A stretch of DNA of 29,897 nucleotides, taken from the IMG/VR virus record IMGVR_UViG_3300032261_000055, positions 1 to 29,897 of that record, one strand, 5' to 3'. The notes under the pieces are model-generated. The model worked only from the letters and a program-made list of their open reading frames with translations, was not told the DNA's origin and did not search any database. The position numbers and the translations under genes were made by a program. Below, piece after piece: positions 1 to 8,414 of this stretch (position 1 is its first letter; each line of letters begins with the position of its first letter). The DNA comes from a virus. Taxonomy: Duplodnaviria > Caudoviricetes.

Positions 1-138
1 GATCGCTGGTCCACGGGACTTCTTTTCCTTGCTGTCAACTGTGGTAGGGGCGTCGCCAACCTTCTGTTTGGGCTGCTCAGCTTCAACAGCTGTCATGGTG
101 TCGACGTTCTCTTCGTTCTGCGGCCTATTCTTTGGCAT
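1..138 (-). CDS. N-terminal part of a hypothetical protein running off the window; probable member of the winged-helix paralogue family
   Basis: Manual translation MPKNRPQNEENVDTMTAVEAEQPKQK...; SD AGAAGGGA upstream; shares M-x-KN and AVEAEQPK with 23108..23485. Confidence 0.7.
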   Translation of the reverse strand, partial: MPKNRPQNEENVDTMTAVEAEQPKQKVGDAPTTVDSKEKKSRGPAI

Positions 139-156
139 TTTGAATCCCTTCTTGGC

Positions 157-780
157 CTAAGCCACTATCTCAAGGATACCTTGAGAAGCTAGTTTATTGA
201 CGAAGTAGGTCACCACTCTACTTATCTTCATCTTGGTCTTGACCTTACCAGTAACGAGCTCGGTGATTTTGTATTTACTGGAAGGGCCATTTTCTCGGAA
301 AGCCTCGATAATAGCTAGAGGTCGACCGGTTATGTGAGAGTAGTCCACTCCTTTTCTGAGTCTATACTCTCTGTTCTCATCATCAATGTCTAGAGTCTCT
401 ACGTTGCCGAGATCATAGGATTGATGACTTAATGAGGTTAAATACCGGCTTGCTTCCTCAACCGTGATGTTGTCTAGTTCGGCTATTACCTTAGCCACCG
501 TTTGAATCGGGAAACTCTTACCTTTCGTAATGCGATACCGAATTCTTTCTTTGAAATCACGAGCGAACTTATCGAACTTGAACGACGTCTTTGACGTGTT
601 AATTGGCCAGAGAGAATCGCCACAAGATTTAACGTACTCGTACTCAGATAGGACGATCTCAGTCAAGGTTACTGGGTGAACAATTAAGATCTTCCGGTAC
701 TTCAACTCGAAAACTATCCATAAACCATAACCAGTAAATGGAGCTTTCTCGTTGTATGTGGTCACCTCCCTGATTTCCAT
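157..780 (-). CDS. hypothetical protein with C-terminal winged-helix-like domain
   Basis: 207-aa ORF with SD GAAAGG; C-terminal ~70 aa (EYRLRKG...VTYFVNKLASQGILEIV) resembles the paralogues at 23.1-25.1 kb. Confidence 0.7.
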   Translation of the reverse strand: MEIREVTTYNEKAPFTGYGLWIVFELKYRKILIVHPVTLTEIVLSEYEYVKSCGDSLWPINTSKTSFKFDKFARDFKERIRYRITKGKSFPIQTVAKVIAELDNITVEEASRYLTSLSHQSYDLGNVETLDIDDENREYRLRKGVDYSHITGRPLAIIEAFRENGPSSKYKITELVTGKVKTKMKISRVVTYFVNKLASQGILEIVA

Positions 781-821
781 GTTGAGCCTTTCGAGTTTGT
801 CTCAATCTCAACTATATATAC

Positions 822-851
822 ATTATAAAACAAACCGATATCGGTTGTAAA
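822..851 (-). promoter_or_regulatory. sigma70-like promoter TTTACA-N18-TATAAT with operator palindrome AACCGATATCGGTT (833-846) in the spacer
   Basis: Read directly; AT-rich intergenic position upstream of 157..780; same architecture at 11333 and 18857. Confidence 0.75.
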
Positions 852-923
852 CAAAAAAATCGTAACCAACTCCGTATGTTACTATCGTAATAGGAACATA
901 TTACGTTAGAACACATAACTAAT

Positions 924-1259
924 CTATTTGACATGTCTATAAGTTTCTCCTCTTTTAATATGTTGGATAGTATAGTATGAAACTTTATATTTCAAAGCTA
1001 GCATACGCCAAAGTTCTTTTGAGGCTCTGATTTGTAAAATTTCTTCTCTAGTAAGATAAGAATTAGGATGAGGATAGCCTCCTAACTGCTCCATATAATC
1101 TCTAAAGTTATCAGATAAACTTCCTAAATAGATATGATCAATATTATGACAACACGGGTTGTTACATTTATGGCAAAGAAGTTTATTTGATGGTACAGGG
1201 CCATACTTACTTACATACCATCGTCTTACATTTCTACTTTTAATAACACAATCACTCAT
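924..1259 (-). CDS. HNH homing endonuclease with C-terminal HTH-like DNA-binding segment
   Basis: LCHKCNNPCCHNIDHIYLGSLSDN HNH motif; LTREEILQIRAS...TIQHIKRGETYRHV tail; visibly AT-rich versus its neighbours. Confidence 0.85.
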   Translation of the reverse strand: MSDCVIKSRNVRRWYVSKYGPVPSNKLLCHKCNNPCCHNIDHIYLGSLSDNFRDYMEQLGGYPHPNSYLTREEILQIRASKELWRMLALKYKVSYYTIQHIKRGETYRHVK

Positions 1260-1268
1260 AATTCCTCC

Positions 1269-2762
1269 TTAAAAATAAACATATGAATAGTTCCCGTCTG
1301 GAAACAATATAAAGACTCTTTCTTTGGCACGTGTGACTGCTACATAATGAACTCTATGCTCAGAATCTGGGTTTTTAATCATCCCCAACCATACAGCTCG
1401 ACTTATCTCTGGATCAATGACTACAGTATGAGCTTCTCTACCCTTAGATTGATGAATAGACATTAACTCAAGATTTGGAGAAGCCACTGCTTTGAATCCC
1501 CAATTGTCTACGTAAGAAGCTAATATGTCTCTATGAGGTATATCTTTTAGAACGGTATACCACTGTTTCAAGTAAGGAACACGCATAAAAACTTGCTCTG
1601 CTTTAAGTCCACCATTTTCTTTAAGCTTTTTCTCAATATTAAAGTTCAAGTAATCAGTGTCACAATACTTTAACATCCTCTTAATCTCTTCAGTCTTAGC
1701 CTCACCTTCTTTAATAAGCTTCGCCCAAGCTAACAACGCGGCACGTGCATCTAAATTAGTGAGTGGACTACCTTTACCAGTATATGGTACCCCCTCTTTC
1801 TTGAGAACTTCCGATAAAATAGCTCCACGATAATGGTTTCTAAAAAGAATAAAGGTTCGTTGTGATAGATCTATGCTACCTAAGTAACCAGCTTGGCCCA
1901 CGTAACCATCTGATTTAGTTGGATCATAATCTTTAGTCAGCCTATGCTCTATTCGTCTTACTACGTTCTGAGCCATACCATGAACTGCTCGAGAGACTCT
2001 ATAAGACTGGTTCAGTACCCTCGTCTGATCAGCTTGAAAAGCCTGGAACACGCTACTATCTGCACCAGCCCAATCAAAGATAGCTTGATCGTCATCCCCT
2101 GCTGTATACCAACGTTGAGCCTTAGCTCCTAAAATATTAACTACATCCCACTGTAACTTTGATAAGTCTTGAGCTTCATCTACAAAGAGTACGTCAATAT
2201 CAAGTGGCTCTCCAAATTCTACATAATCAGTTAATAAATCAGTATAGTCAAGCATGCCTTCACTAACTTTCCAGTTTCTATACGCGTTAGTAAACCAACT
2301 AGCATAGTGCCAGTCAATATCTAGTGGAGTTTCTTGTAAGGCTTCCTTAAGCATAATCTTTCGGTGTCTACCTTGATGATTAACTTGAAGTAACATATCA
2401 TCTCTAGTAGGAGCGTCGTTACCACGCTCAAATTCTTCTATCCAAGGATCTAGTTCGTTACCTGTCAATTTGATTCCGATTTTCTTACCAAAGACCCTAA
2501 TATCCTCTGGTCTAACTATTTGATCTCTACCTGTACCTAACTGATGGTAACAAATAGAGTGAATAGTTTTTAAGTAGGGAAACTCTTCGTTTGTTTTCTG
2601 TGTTCGCTGCAAAGCTTCATATCTCGCAGCCCTAGTAAAGGTTAGAAACGCTACTCGATGTGGTAGCACACCTGCCTCTAGTTCTTTTTCAAGGTACTCT
2701 AAGAGAGCTGTCGTCTTTCCGCATCCCGGAGGGCCGAGTAGCTTCATTTTCATGTTAGTCAC
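1269..2762 (-). CDS. UvrD/Rep-like superfamily 1 DNA helicase
   Basis: GPPGCGKTT, VDEAQD, GDDDQAIF, QSYR, SIHQSKGREA and YVAVTRAK motifs. Confidence 0.93.
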   Translation of the reverse strand: MTNMKMKLLGPPGCGKTTALLEYLEKELEAGVLPHRVAFLTFTRAARYEALQRTQKTNEEFPYLKTIHSICYHQLGTGRDQIVRPEDIRVFGKKIGIKLTGNELDPWIEEFERGNDAPTRDDMLLQVNHQGRHRKIMLKEALQETPLDIDWHYASWFTNAYRNWKVSEGMLDYTDLLTDYVEFGEPLDIDVLFVDEAQDLSKLQWDVVNILGAKAQRWYTAGDDDQAIFDWAGADSSVFQAFQADQTRVLNQSYRVSRAVHGMAQNVVRRIEHRLTKDYDPTKSDGYVGQAGYLGSIDLSQRTFILFRNHYRGAILSEVLKKEGVPYTGKGSPLTNLDARAALLAWAKLIKEGEAKTEEIKRMLKYCDTDYLNFNIEKKLKENGGLKAEQVFMRVPYLKQWYTVLKDIPHRDILASYVDNWGFKAVASPNLELMSIHQSKGREAHTVVIDPEISRAVWLGMIKNPDSEHRVHYVAVTRAKERVFILFPDGNYSYVYF

Positions 2763-3039
2763 TCTTTGTTTCGTTTTGGTTTAAGTAAATCGGTGAATGA
2801 TGAGGCCGGTCACGTACTTCAGGTCTCTTAAGAGATTCCTTAAGTACGTTATCCAGCTTAGCTGGATTCATCTTACCGAATTCAGCTATGACTCTATCCA
2901 TCACCCACTCAGGATCAGGAGAGTAAGCTATCAGATCACCGTTACTCAACTGAATAGGCTCCCCATTCTTTAGCTTGTCTAGGTTACTAGGTTCAAGAAT
3001 GTAAAGAGTCTGTCCTTGTGTTGTGCGTAGAGCAAGCAT
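2755..3039 (-). CDS. hypothetical protein
   Basis: Start moved to ATG 3039 (SD AAGGAG); packed in the operon. Confidence 0.65.
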   Translation of the reverse strand: MLALRTTQGQTLYILEPSNLDKLKNGEPIQLSNGDLIAYSPDPEWVMDRVIAEFGKMNPAKLDNVLKESLKRPEVRDRPHHSPIYLNQNETKSD

Positions 3040-3049
3040 GATTCTCCTT

Positions 3050-3499
3050 TCAAAATTCAAACAACTCAAGTTGAGCTAATTCCTGTTGTTTCTTTTGTGA
3101 CTTCAAAATAGCTTGACCAAAGGCTCGACCCGGTTCAGGTGTTAGAAAAGTCACGTTGCCTGGAACGTAAGGTTCATTATTATAAGGGCTGGTATAGAAT
3201 CTTACTTTACCATCAGTATCATTACTGAAACAAGCATGAGTAAGAGCAGCTATAGCCCAAGCTGTAAAGTGAGAGTGCCAAGACTCTTGTAACAAAGGAG
3301 CGGGCCAACCAAGCTTAGCACGTACATCAAAGTTAATCATACTGAGAGACTCCTCAGTTACAGCAGCCACCATGCCAGTAGACAAGATAGTAGAAATACT
3401 GTCACATACAGCCCGAGTTCTCTCATCATGTTTGTGCGCATGCCACTCCTCCTCTGAGAAGTTCGGATTGTAATCTTTGAATGGATCATAGAACCTCAT
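3050..3499 (-). CDS. hypothetical protein
   Basis: 149-aa ORF with ATGA overlap to the upstream gene. Confidence 0.65.
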   Translation of the reverse strand: MRFYDPFKDYNPNFSEEEWHAHKHDERTRAVCDSISTILSTGMVAAVTEESLSMINFDVRAKLGWPAPLLQESWHSHFTAWAIAALTHACFSNDTDGKVRFYTSPYNNEPYVPGNVTFLTPEPGRAFGQAILKSQKKQQELAQLELFEF

Positions 3500-4155
3500 C
3501 TCTCAAACCTCGCTATCGTGGTCCAGTTTTTTTCCCCAATGTGAGGCTTCTTAGTAAAGTCAAAAGCCATGTCGTGAAAATCTCCACAAATGTTACGGGC
3601 TTTGTCACGGTGACCTCTTTTCGTTAAGTGAAGTTCCATGATTACCATCCTAACATCAGGGTAACTATCAAGTAAGTACCATGGCAGGTCATATTCCGCT
3701 CCTTCGATGTCACACTTTATAATAGAAGGTTTGAAAGTCTCTAACACTCTTTTTAAGCCGATACCTTTAGTTACTTGAGTAGCTCGGCCTCTAACAGGTA
3801 AGATACTATGGAGAGCATTGTTCTTTAAACCATTAACATACACACTAATATCTTCTTCATCGTACTTGTCATCAACTACAGCAGCATGAACAGCTCTAAA
3901 ATCAAATCTACCGGCATTGTTTCTTAGTACCTCATAATTAGACTCTTCAGCTTCAATAGATTCTACTGGGCAACATGACTTCTCCATGATACTACGAGCC
4001 GCAAAGCAGCCAATATGGCCACCCAAGTCAAGTATCTTGTCACTGTCCCTTAGTTCAAGAGGAAAGTATCCTCGAGACTCATTGAGTATCCAAGTATCGA
4101 AGGTTCCTTCACGATACGCTATCCCGGTTTTCTCGTCCACTTGGTACTTGTTCAT
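3496..4155 (-). CDS. FkbM-family SAM-dependent methyltransferase
   Basis: ILDLGGHIGCF SAM-binding motif, IKCDIEGAEY and MELH. Confidence 0.88.
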   Translation of the reverse strand: MNKYQVDEKTGIAYREGTFDTWILNESRGYFPLELRDSDKILDLGGHIGCFAARSIMEKSCCPVESIEAEESNYEVLRNNAGRFDFRAVHAAVVDDKYDEEDISVYVNGLKNNALHSILPVRGRATQVTKGIGLKRVLETFKPSIIKCDIEGAEYDLPWYLLDSYPDVRMVIMELHLTKRGHRDKARNICGDFHDMAFDFTKKPHIGEKNWTTIARFER

Positions 4156-4463
4156 GTTAACCTCACAATCTCAGTGTCTTTCAACTGATGAACATGAAAA
4201 CAGTTAGGGTGAATGTTAACATATTCTGTCTTCCTAGGCAGGATGATAGCTCCCTCGAACTGACTGCCTGCGCCTGGCACGAGATCGTACCAGGCTAAAA
4301 AGATCTCATCCCAAGTCGGATAACGCGTCGGATGTGAGATGCTAAGGTGCCAGAAGCCTTCATCTTTGCTAACACAGGCAGTTACCTCGCCACAATGGTA
4401 CCAATTACCCCCCAGTGGGTGGTTGAACTGCCTCCAGTTTGCCTTTGGATTGAGTCTGATCAT
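4152..4463 (-). CDS. conserved phage protein of the HLSIS/YPTW type (DUF7694-like)
   Basis: WHLSISHPTRYPTWDEI...EYVNIHPNCFHVH; start at ATG 4463 after SD AAGGA. Confidence 0.7.
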   Translation of the reverse strand: MIRLNPKANWRQFNHPLGGNWYHCGEVTACVSKDEGFWHLSISHPTRYPTWDEIFLAWYDLVPGAGSQFEGAIILPRKTEYVNIHPNCFHVHQLKDTEIVRLT

Positions 4464-4719
4464 TCTTTTTCCTTTCTTCAGCCATTTCAAGAAACTTCTG
4501 AAACATATCTTTGTTCCTCATTGCAGTGTCCATGATTAACTCAACTTGAGGTAACATCTCAGGAGGCATGGCTGGAGTGAATATGAAGACTGATCGATCT
4601 CCATTAAATACATCCTCCAACGTCTTTGACGCCAAGTCACGTACCGATAAGCCACGATTCTTAGCATCTTTCCGCAGATTATTTAAGCTCCTAGCGGAAA
4701 CATCAACATGAATGGCCAC
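4405..4719 (-). CDS. putative ribbon-helix-helix DNA-binding protein
   Basis: N-terminal IHVDVS strand followed by two helices (LRKDAKNRGLSVRDLASKTL); SD GGAGGA. Confidence 0.55.
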   Translation of the reverse strand: MAIHVDVSARSLNNLRKDAKNRGLSVRDLASKTLEDVFNGDRSVFIFTPAMPPEMLPQVELIMDTAMRNKDMFQKFLEMAEERKKNDQTQSKGKLEAVQPPTGG

Positions 4720-4740
4720 TTTATTCCTCCTGTGTTTTGA

Positions 4741-4860
4741 TGTGCAAACTGTGAATTTCGTGGATAATAGGTATTATTATCCCGTAATGCACAAATTAAC
4801 CCTTGGTATCCCCGGGTGACCCTGGAGGCATACCCTGGGTATTTTGATTATTACCCAGGG
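4741..4860. repeat. three-hairpin element, copy A (inverted homolog at 19813-19913)
   Basis: 17-nt identical core CCGGGTGACCCTGGAGG (4812-4828 = reverse complement of 19838-19854) plus conserved flanking stems. Confidence 0.75.
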
Positions 4861-5023
4861 CAATATACAATTTACTTCTCAACTCAGGAGTTAATAGGAA
4901 ATCTACTATTAAGTATCTTCCTCTAAAAACTCCACGAGCAGCTACACAACCCATTAAAATGGCTTTCTCAGATTCTGAGAAGAGTGGTTCGATGTTGTTC
5001 CAATTTGAGTGAGTTATCATCAT
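4796..5023 (-). CDS. hypothetical protein
   Basis: 75-aa ORF with ATGA coupling to the primase stop; 3' end overlaps the hairpin element. Confidence 0.5.
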   Translation of the reverse strand: MMITHSNWNNIEPLFSESEKAILMGCVAARGVFRGRYLIVDFLLTPELRSKLYIALGNNQNTQGMPPGSPGDTKG

Positions 5024-6516
5024 AGCTCAGGCTCCTCTTTCTTAAACTCGACAGGAGTATAGCCTTCTGTCTGTCTGTTAACTCTCGAAATCGGAATAGA
5101 CCAAGCTCGAATTACCTTACCTTTGATCTTGATCAACGAAAACGTACACTCATGCCTATGTAGGATAGAGTATAGGTCCTGATTCGCTATCTGTACTTTT
5201 TGAGATAAGAGGTACTTCTGAAGAAAGTCTACTTGGAACAGTATCTTATCATCAGATTGGTACGGCATACCCCTTAGCAAGTCCTCCCTACTCTTTGATC
5301 TGTCACTGAGTGCCAGAAAATCATCAATTTTACTATACACTGAACCAAGTGAACTAGCATCATCTGGAGCTTCTATATTAACTTTGTTAGTTATAAGTCC
5401 CTTAAGCTGCTGTTCCCACTGCGCTTGTTTGATTGGACGCAACACGAGATCACGAATCTCGAATATCCTCTTTCGAAGCTTATCAAATACTCGTAGCTCC
5501 TCAGAGGAGAGATGCATATCTTGAGAATTGACCTCAAGAATATAGGTTGGTGGATCTGTCAAAATCTTTCGCAGATTAGTGACAGTAATTTCATCAAAGT
5601 TACCTACATCCTCCCATGGTTTGTGTCCTACTCCAAAGGCAAGCGTGAGACATGTTTTACGGTCACAGTGTGAACAAAGTGGTTCTTCGTCACACTTATA
5701 CTGATACTGCCTAGCCGATAGGGACTTAATGAGTGCCTCAACCTCACGAGTCTGTAAAGGAGGAGAGACGTAATTTTGATTATGGTAACGAAGCTTATCT
5801 TCCCATCCGTTTGGGGACGATTTTCGGTAAAAGACTCCGTAACTAAAGAGTCCGACGTTACGGTGTCCGCTCGGTAGTCCCTCATCTGTTAGCTCCTTTA
5901 AACATGGCGGCATGAGATCAATTTGAATCAGATCAGAGCTAGCTCGTTCATCAATTCGCTCTTTACCGGTGAAGTATACTATCGTGTCAAGGAACTCTTC
6001 AATACTCATGCTACCATTTGGTCCCATAGCGTACCTTACAGTATTAGGAGCATTGAAATAAGGACTATTTAACCAGTTACCTACATTTGTGGTTGTGCTT
6101 TTAGTTTGTTTAGGAAAGATTTCTGTCTGAGAAGGAAAACCTAATAAACCAGCCCACTTCTTAAGTGTAGACTGAACTACTGTGCTTGACTGAGGTTCGT
6201 GATAGAATACATACACGTGAGCGCCGCCACTCTTCGACCTGAATACAGTAAGGGGAAGGTTTCTATCCTTTATCTTCCTGTACAGATCAGCATGAGAGAT
6301 GGTCTCAATGTCAATGTCTATCGCTACCCACCAACACTTTCCGTTTTCGTCGACGGGAATGATACCTAAACCTTGTTCTCCAGTTAAATGCTTTGAGTAA
6401 TCCTCTTCAGTGGCCGGAGTTAGCACTGTAGCCATGTTGCCATTAGCTTTGTAATAGACACCATGTGCGAGGTTGCTCCCTCTGAAAATGTTCATGAAAG
6501 AACTCAGCGTATTCAT
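5020..6516 (-). CDS. archaeo-eukaryotic-type (AEP) DNA primase with PriCT-like domain
   Basis: WVAIDID, RSKSGGAHVYVF, EIFPKQ, GNWLNSPY, then PPCL...GHRNVGLF...YQYKC..PLC..C; start ATG 6516 (alternative GTG 6528). Confidence 0.85.
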   Translation of the reverse strand: MNTLSSFMNIFRGSNLAHGVYYKANGNMATVLTPATEEDYSKHLTGEQGLGIIPVDENGKCWWVAIDIDIETISHADLYRKIKDRNLPLTVFRSKSGGAHVYVFYHEPQSSTVVQSTLKKWAGLLGFPSQTEIFPKQTKSTTTNVGNWLNSPYFNAPNTVRYAMGPNGSMSIEEFLDTIVYFTGKERIDERASSDLIQIDLMPPCLKELTDEGLPSGHRNVGLFSYGVFYRKSSPNGWEDKLRYHNQNYVSPPLQTREVEALIKSLSARQYQYKCDEEPLCSHCDRKTCLTLAFGVGHKPWEDVGNFDEITVTNLRKILTDPPTYILEVNSQDMHLSSEELRVFDKLRKRIFEIRDLVLRPIKQAQWEQQLKGLITNKVNIEAPDDASSLGSVYSKIDDFLALSDRSKSREDLLRGMPYQSDDKILFQVDFLQKYLLSQKVQIANQDLYSILHRHECTFSLIKIKGKVIRAWSIPISRVNRQTEGYTPVEFKKEEPEL

Positions 6517-6560
6517 AACATGAAACACTCCATCTACATGTTTTACCTCACGTCTTAGGG

Positions 6561-6583
6561 AGGCCGGGCTATTAACCCGGCCT
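6561..6583 (-). terminator. GC-rich hairpin between the SSB and primase genes (no U-tract)
   Basis: AGGCCGGG-N7-CCCGGCCT directly after the SSB stop codon. Confidence 0.4.
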
Positions 6584-6593
6584 GCCGATTAAC

Positions 6594-7400
6594 TTACATC
6601 TCTGCGGATTCTCGATCAGCAGGGAAGGAAGTGTCACCCTCTTCGCCTGTCGTGTCCACCTTGATGTCCATCGCTTGGAGAACTTTAAAATTCTTCTCCA
6701 TTTGTTCAAACATCTCTTTGTTTACGTAGGCTCCAGGTGTGATCTTCTTTTCAAACCACTCATTGTTACCGTCACGCATGGTTACCACAGAGATCTTGTA
6801 CCATTTAGCGTACATAGGTAATCGGGTGAGTCTAACAGAGGCTAAGTGTTGCTTAGAGAGCTTCAAACCCGTAGCCTTGTAGCTGAAGGCTATAGGAGAT
6901 GGCTCAGGCTTCAACACAAAAGCCATGTAGTTGTGGTACAGTGTACAGGTTGGTGGATCATTACCATGTTCATCATCGGTAAAGCCGTTACCCCATTTAG
7001 AGTACTTACACTCAAGGCAACTGTCAGGGTTTATTCGGCCACCGTTGAGACCATTCGGAGATGTACAATCTATTCCACCACCCTCATCTATTGGAAAGAA
7101 CTTGATCCTATTCTTGAAGAAGAATAAGATCACAAGATCCAGTGTTTCTCCGTAGATCTCCTTAGTCACTGTGTTAAATAGCTGACCTTCTTGGAGTCCT
7201 TCAATAAACGCTGGATCATTCTTTCGACGTTGAGGTGAAAGGGATTGGCACAGTCCTAGTCGAGGAATGAGCACATCTGCTTGATCAACGTGCTCCATGC
7301 CGGCCTGGTGACCGATTTCGTCACGAAGCCACTCTGGAATCTCCTCCTTCTGGAGCGTTCCGGGTTGTAGTACAGCGATTTCTTCCTTATCTTTAGCCAA
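6594..7400 (-). CDS. putative single-stranded DNA-binding/annealing protein
   Basis: G-x-E...IPRLGLCQSLSPQ...G.LFNTVT pattern of phage SSB-like proteins, acidic C-terminus, position next to the primase. Confidence 0.6.
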   Translation of the reverse strand: MAKDKEEIAVLQPGTLQKEEIPEWLRDEIGHQAGMEHVDQADVLIPRLGLCQSLSPQRRKNDPAFIEGLQEGQLFNTVTKEIYGETLDLVILFFFKNRIKFFPIDEGGGIDCTSPNGLNGGRINPDSCLECKYSKWGNGFTDDEHGNDPPTCTLYHNYMAFVLKPEPSPIAFSYKATGLKLSKQHLASVRLTRLPMYAKWYKISVVTMRDGNNEWFEKKITPGAYVNKEMFEQMEKNFKVLQAMDIKVDTTGEEGDTSFPADRESAEM

Positions 7401-7929
7401 TTTCTGCTCCTTCCTTCTCCAAGGCTTTTATTCCTCGGACTACTATGCTTTGCCTGAAGTAAGGTTCTATTCCTGGTGGAATAGGTTCCCCAGCCTGCAG
7501 TTTTTGCTTCGTCATTGCGGACATTGTCTGGTAGTGTACCGTAAAGAGATCCTCAAGATGTTGCTCTCGGATCCAATTATGGAATTCTACTTTGTTAAAG
7601 ACTGAGCAATAAACATCATCTTTGATGCTTAAAGCTATACCTCCGACTAGTCGCAATGCTGTTATTGAGTCTCCTTCTAATCGGTCAATGAGCTCTTGAC
7701 TCATCGCTTCAATAGTGAGACTCTGTTCTTTGACTAGAGCTTCCAATCGAGCCTTTTCAAGCTTGGCCATGATCAGAAAATCGGCGTAGCTAGCGGCAGA
7801 GAGAGGCCGAGAATTCTCTTTCAGTATTCCCTTGATTCTTTCTCTTTCGGCATTTACTCTGTCCTGATATTCCGGCTCGCTTGAGTAAGTTGTCAGCTGC
7901 CCTTTAAGGTGACTGTATTTGCCGGGCAC
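7393..7929 (-). CDS. conserved phage replication-module protein (gp33-like)
   Basis: Coiled-coil N-terminus plus VHYQTMSAMTKQKL..GEPIP motif, typical upstream of SSB-like genes. Confidence 0.6.
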   Translation of the reverse strand: MPGKYSHLKGQLTTYSSEPEYQDRVNAERERIKGILKENSRPLSAASYADFLIMAKLEKARLEALVKEQSLTIEAMSQELIDRLEGDSITALRLVGGIALSIKDDVYCSVFNKVEFHNWIREQHLEDLFTVHYQTMSAMTKQKLQAGEPIPPGIEPYFRQSIVVRGIKALEKEGAEIG

Positions 7930-8143
7930 TTACGTCTCCTTTCCCATTGATTAAATTAGGTGGCGTGTTCATTTGAGCGAGCCACCTCCTACCATTTGAG
8001 CGCCACGTTAATAGCTCCTCCAAAAAGTCTATCATCAGTTGAGTATGGGCCACGACTGCCTTAGAAGCTTTAGTGGATTTCTGAAAGTTTAAAAGCTCCT
8101 TAAAAGCCTGCAGTTCAGCGGTAACATCAGTGTCTATAACCAT
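7904..8143 (-). CDS. hypothetical protein
   Basis: ATG 8143 after GGAG; operon context. Confidence 0.55.
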   Translation of the reverse strand: MVIDTDVTAELQAFKELLNFQKSTKASKAVVAHTQLMIDFLEELLTWRSNGRRWLAQMNTPPNLINGKGDVSARQIQSP

Positions 8144-8144
8144 C

Positions 8145-8405
8145 TCATCTCCGTGAATTAGGGCACTCAAAGTCCGCAATAACCGTCAGCGGCTTACGGT
8201 ACTTTGTTACCTTTCCGCAGGAACACTCTACTGCTGATATTCCTGGTTTCTTTTTGTTTGGGATAAAAGACACGACTCGGTGATTACTTTCTCTAGCTCG
8301 TTTTTCTTTGAGCTCAGTTAAAAGCATCAACATATCCCTGTAATCATCCATAAGTCTGTCCAAAGTTTGATTGTCTGGATACATTTGGCCGCTAAAGTCA
8401 CTCAT
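8145..8405 (-). CDS. hypothetical protein with possible Zn ribbon (CSC...CP)
   Basis: 86-aa ORF with SD AGGAG. Confidence 0.6.
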   Translation of the reverse strand: MSDFSGQMYPDNQTLDRLMDDYRDMLMLLTELKEKRARESNHRVVSFIPNKKKPGISAVECSCGKVTKYRKPLTVIADFECPNSRR

Positions 8406-8414
8406 AAGTTCTCC

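Noticed and set aside
924-1259. Group I intron around the HNH gene
   Set aside because: The flanking genes are complete and the HNH is free-standing, with no room for an intron core.
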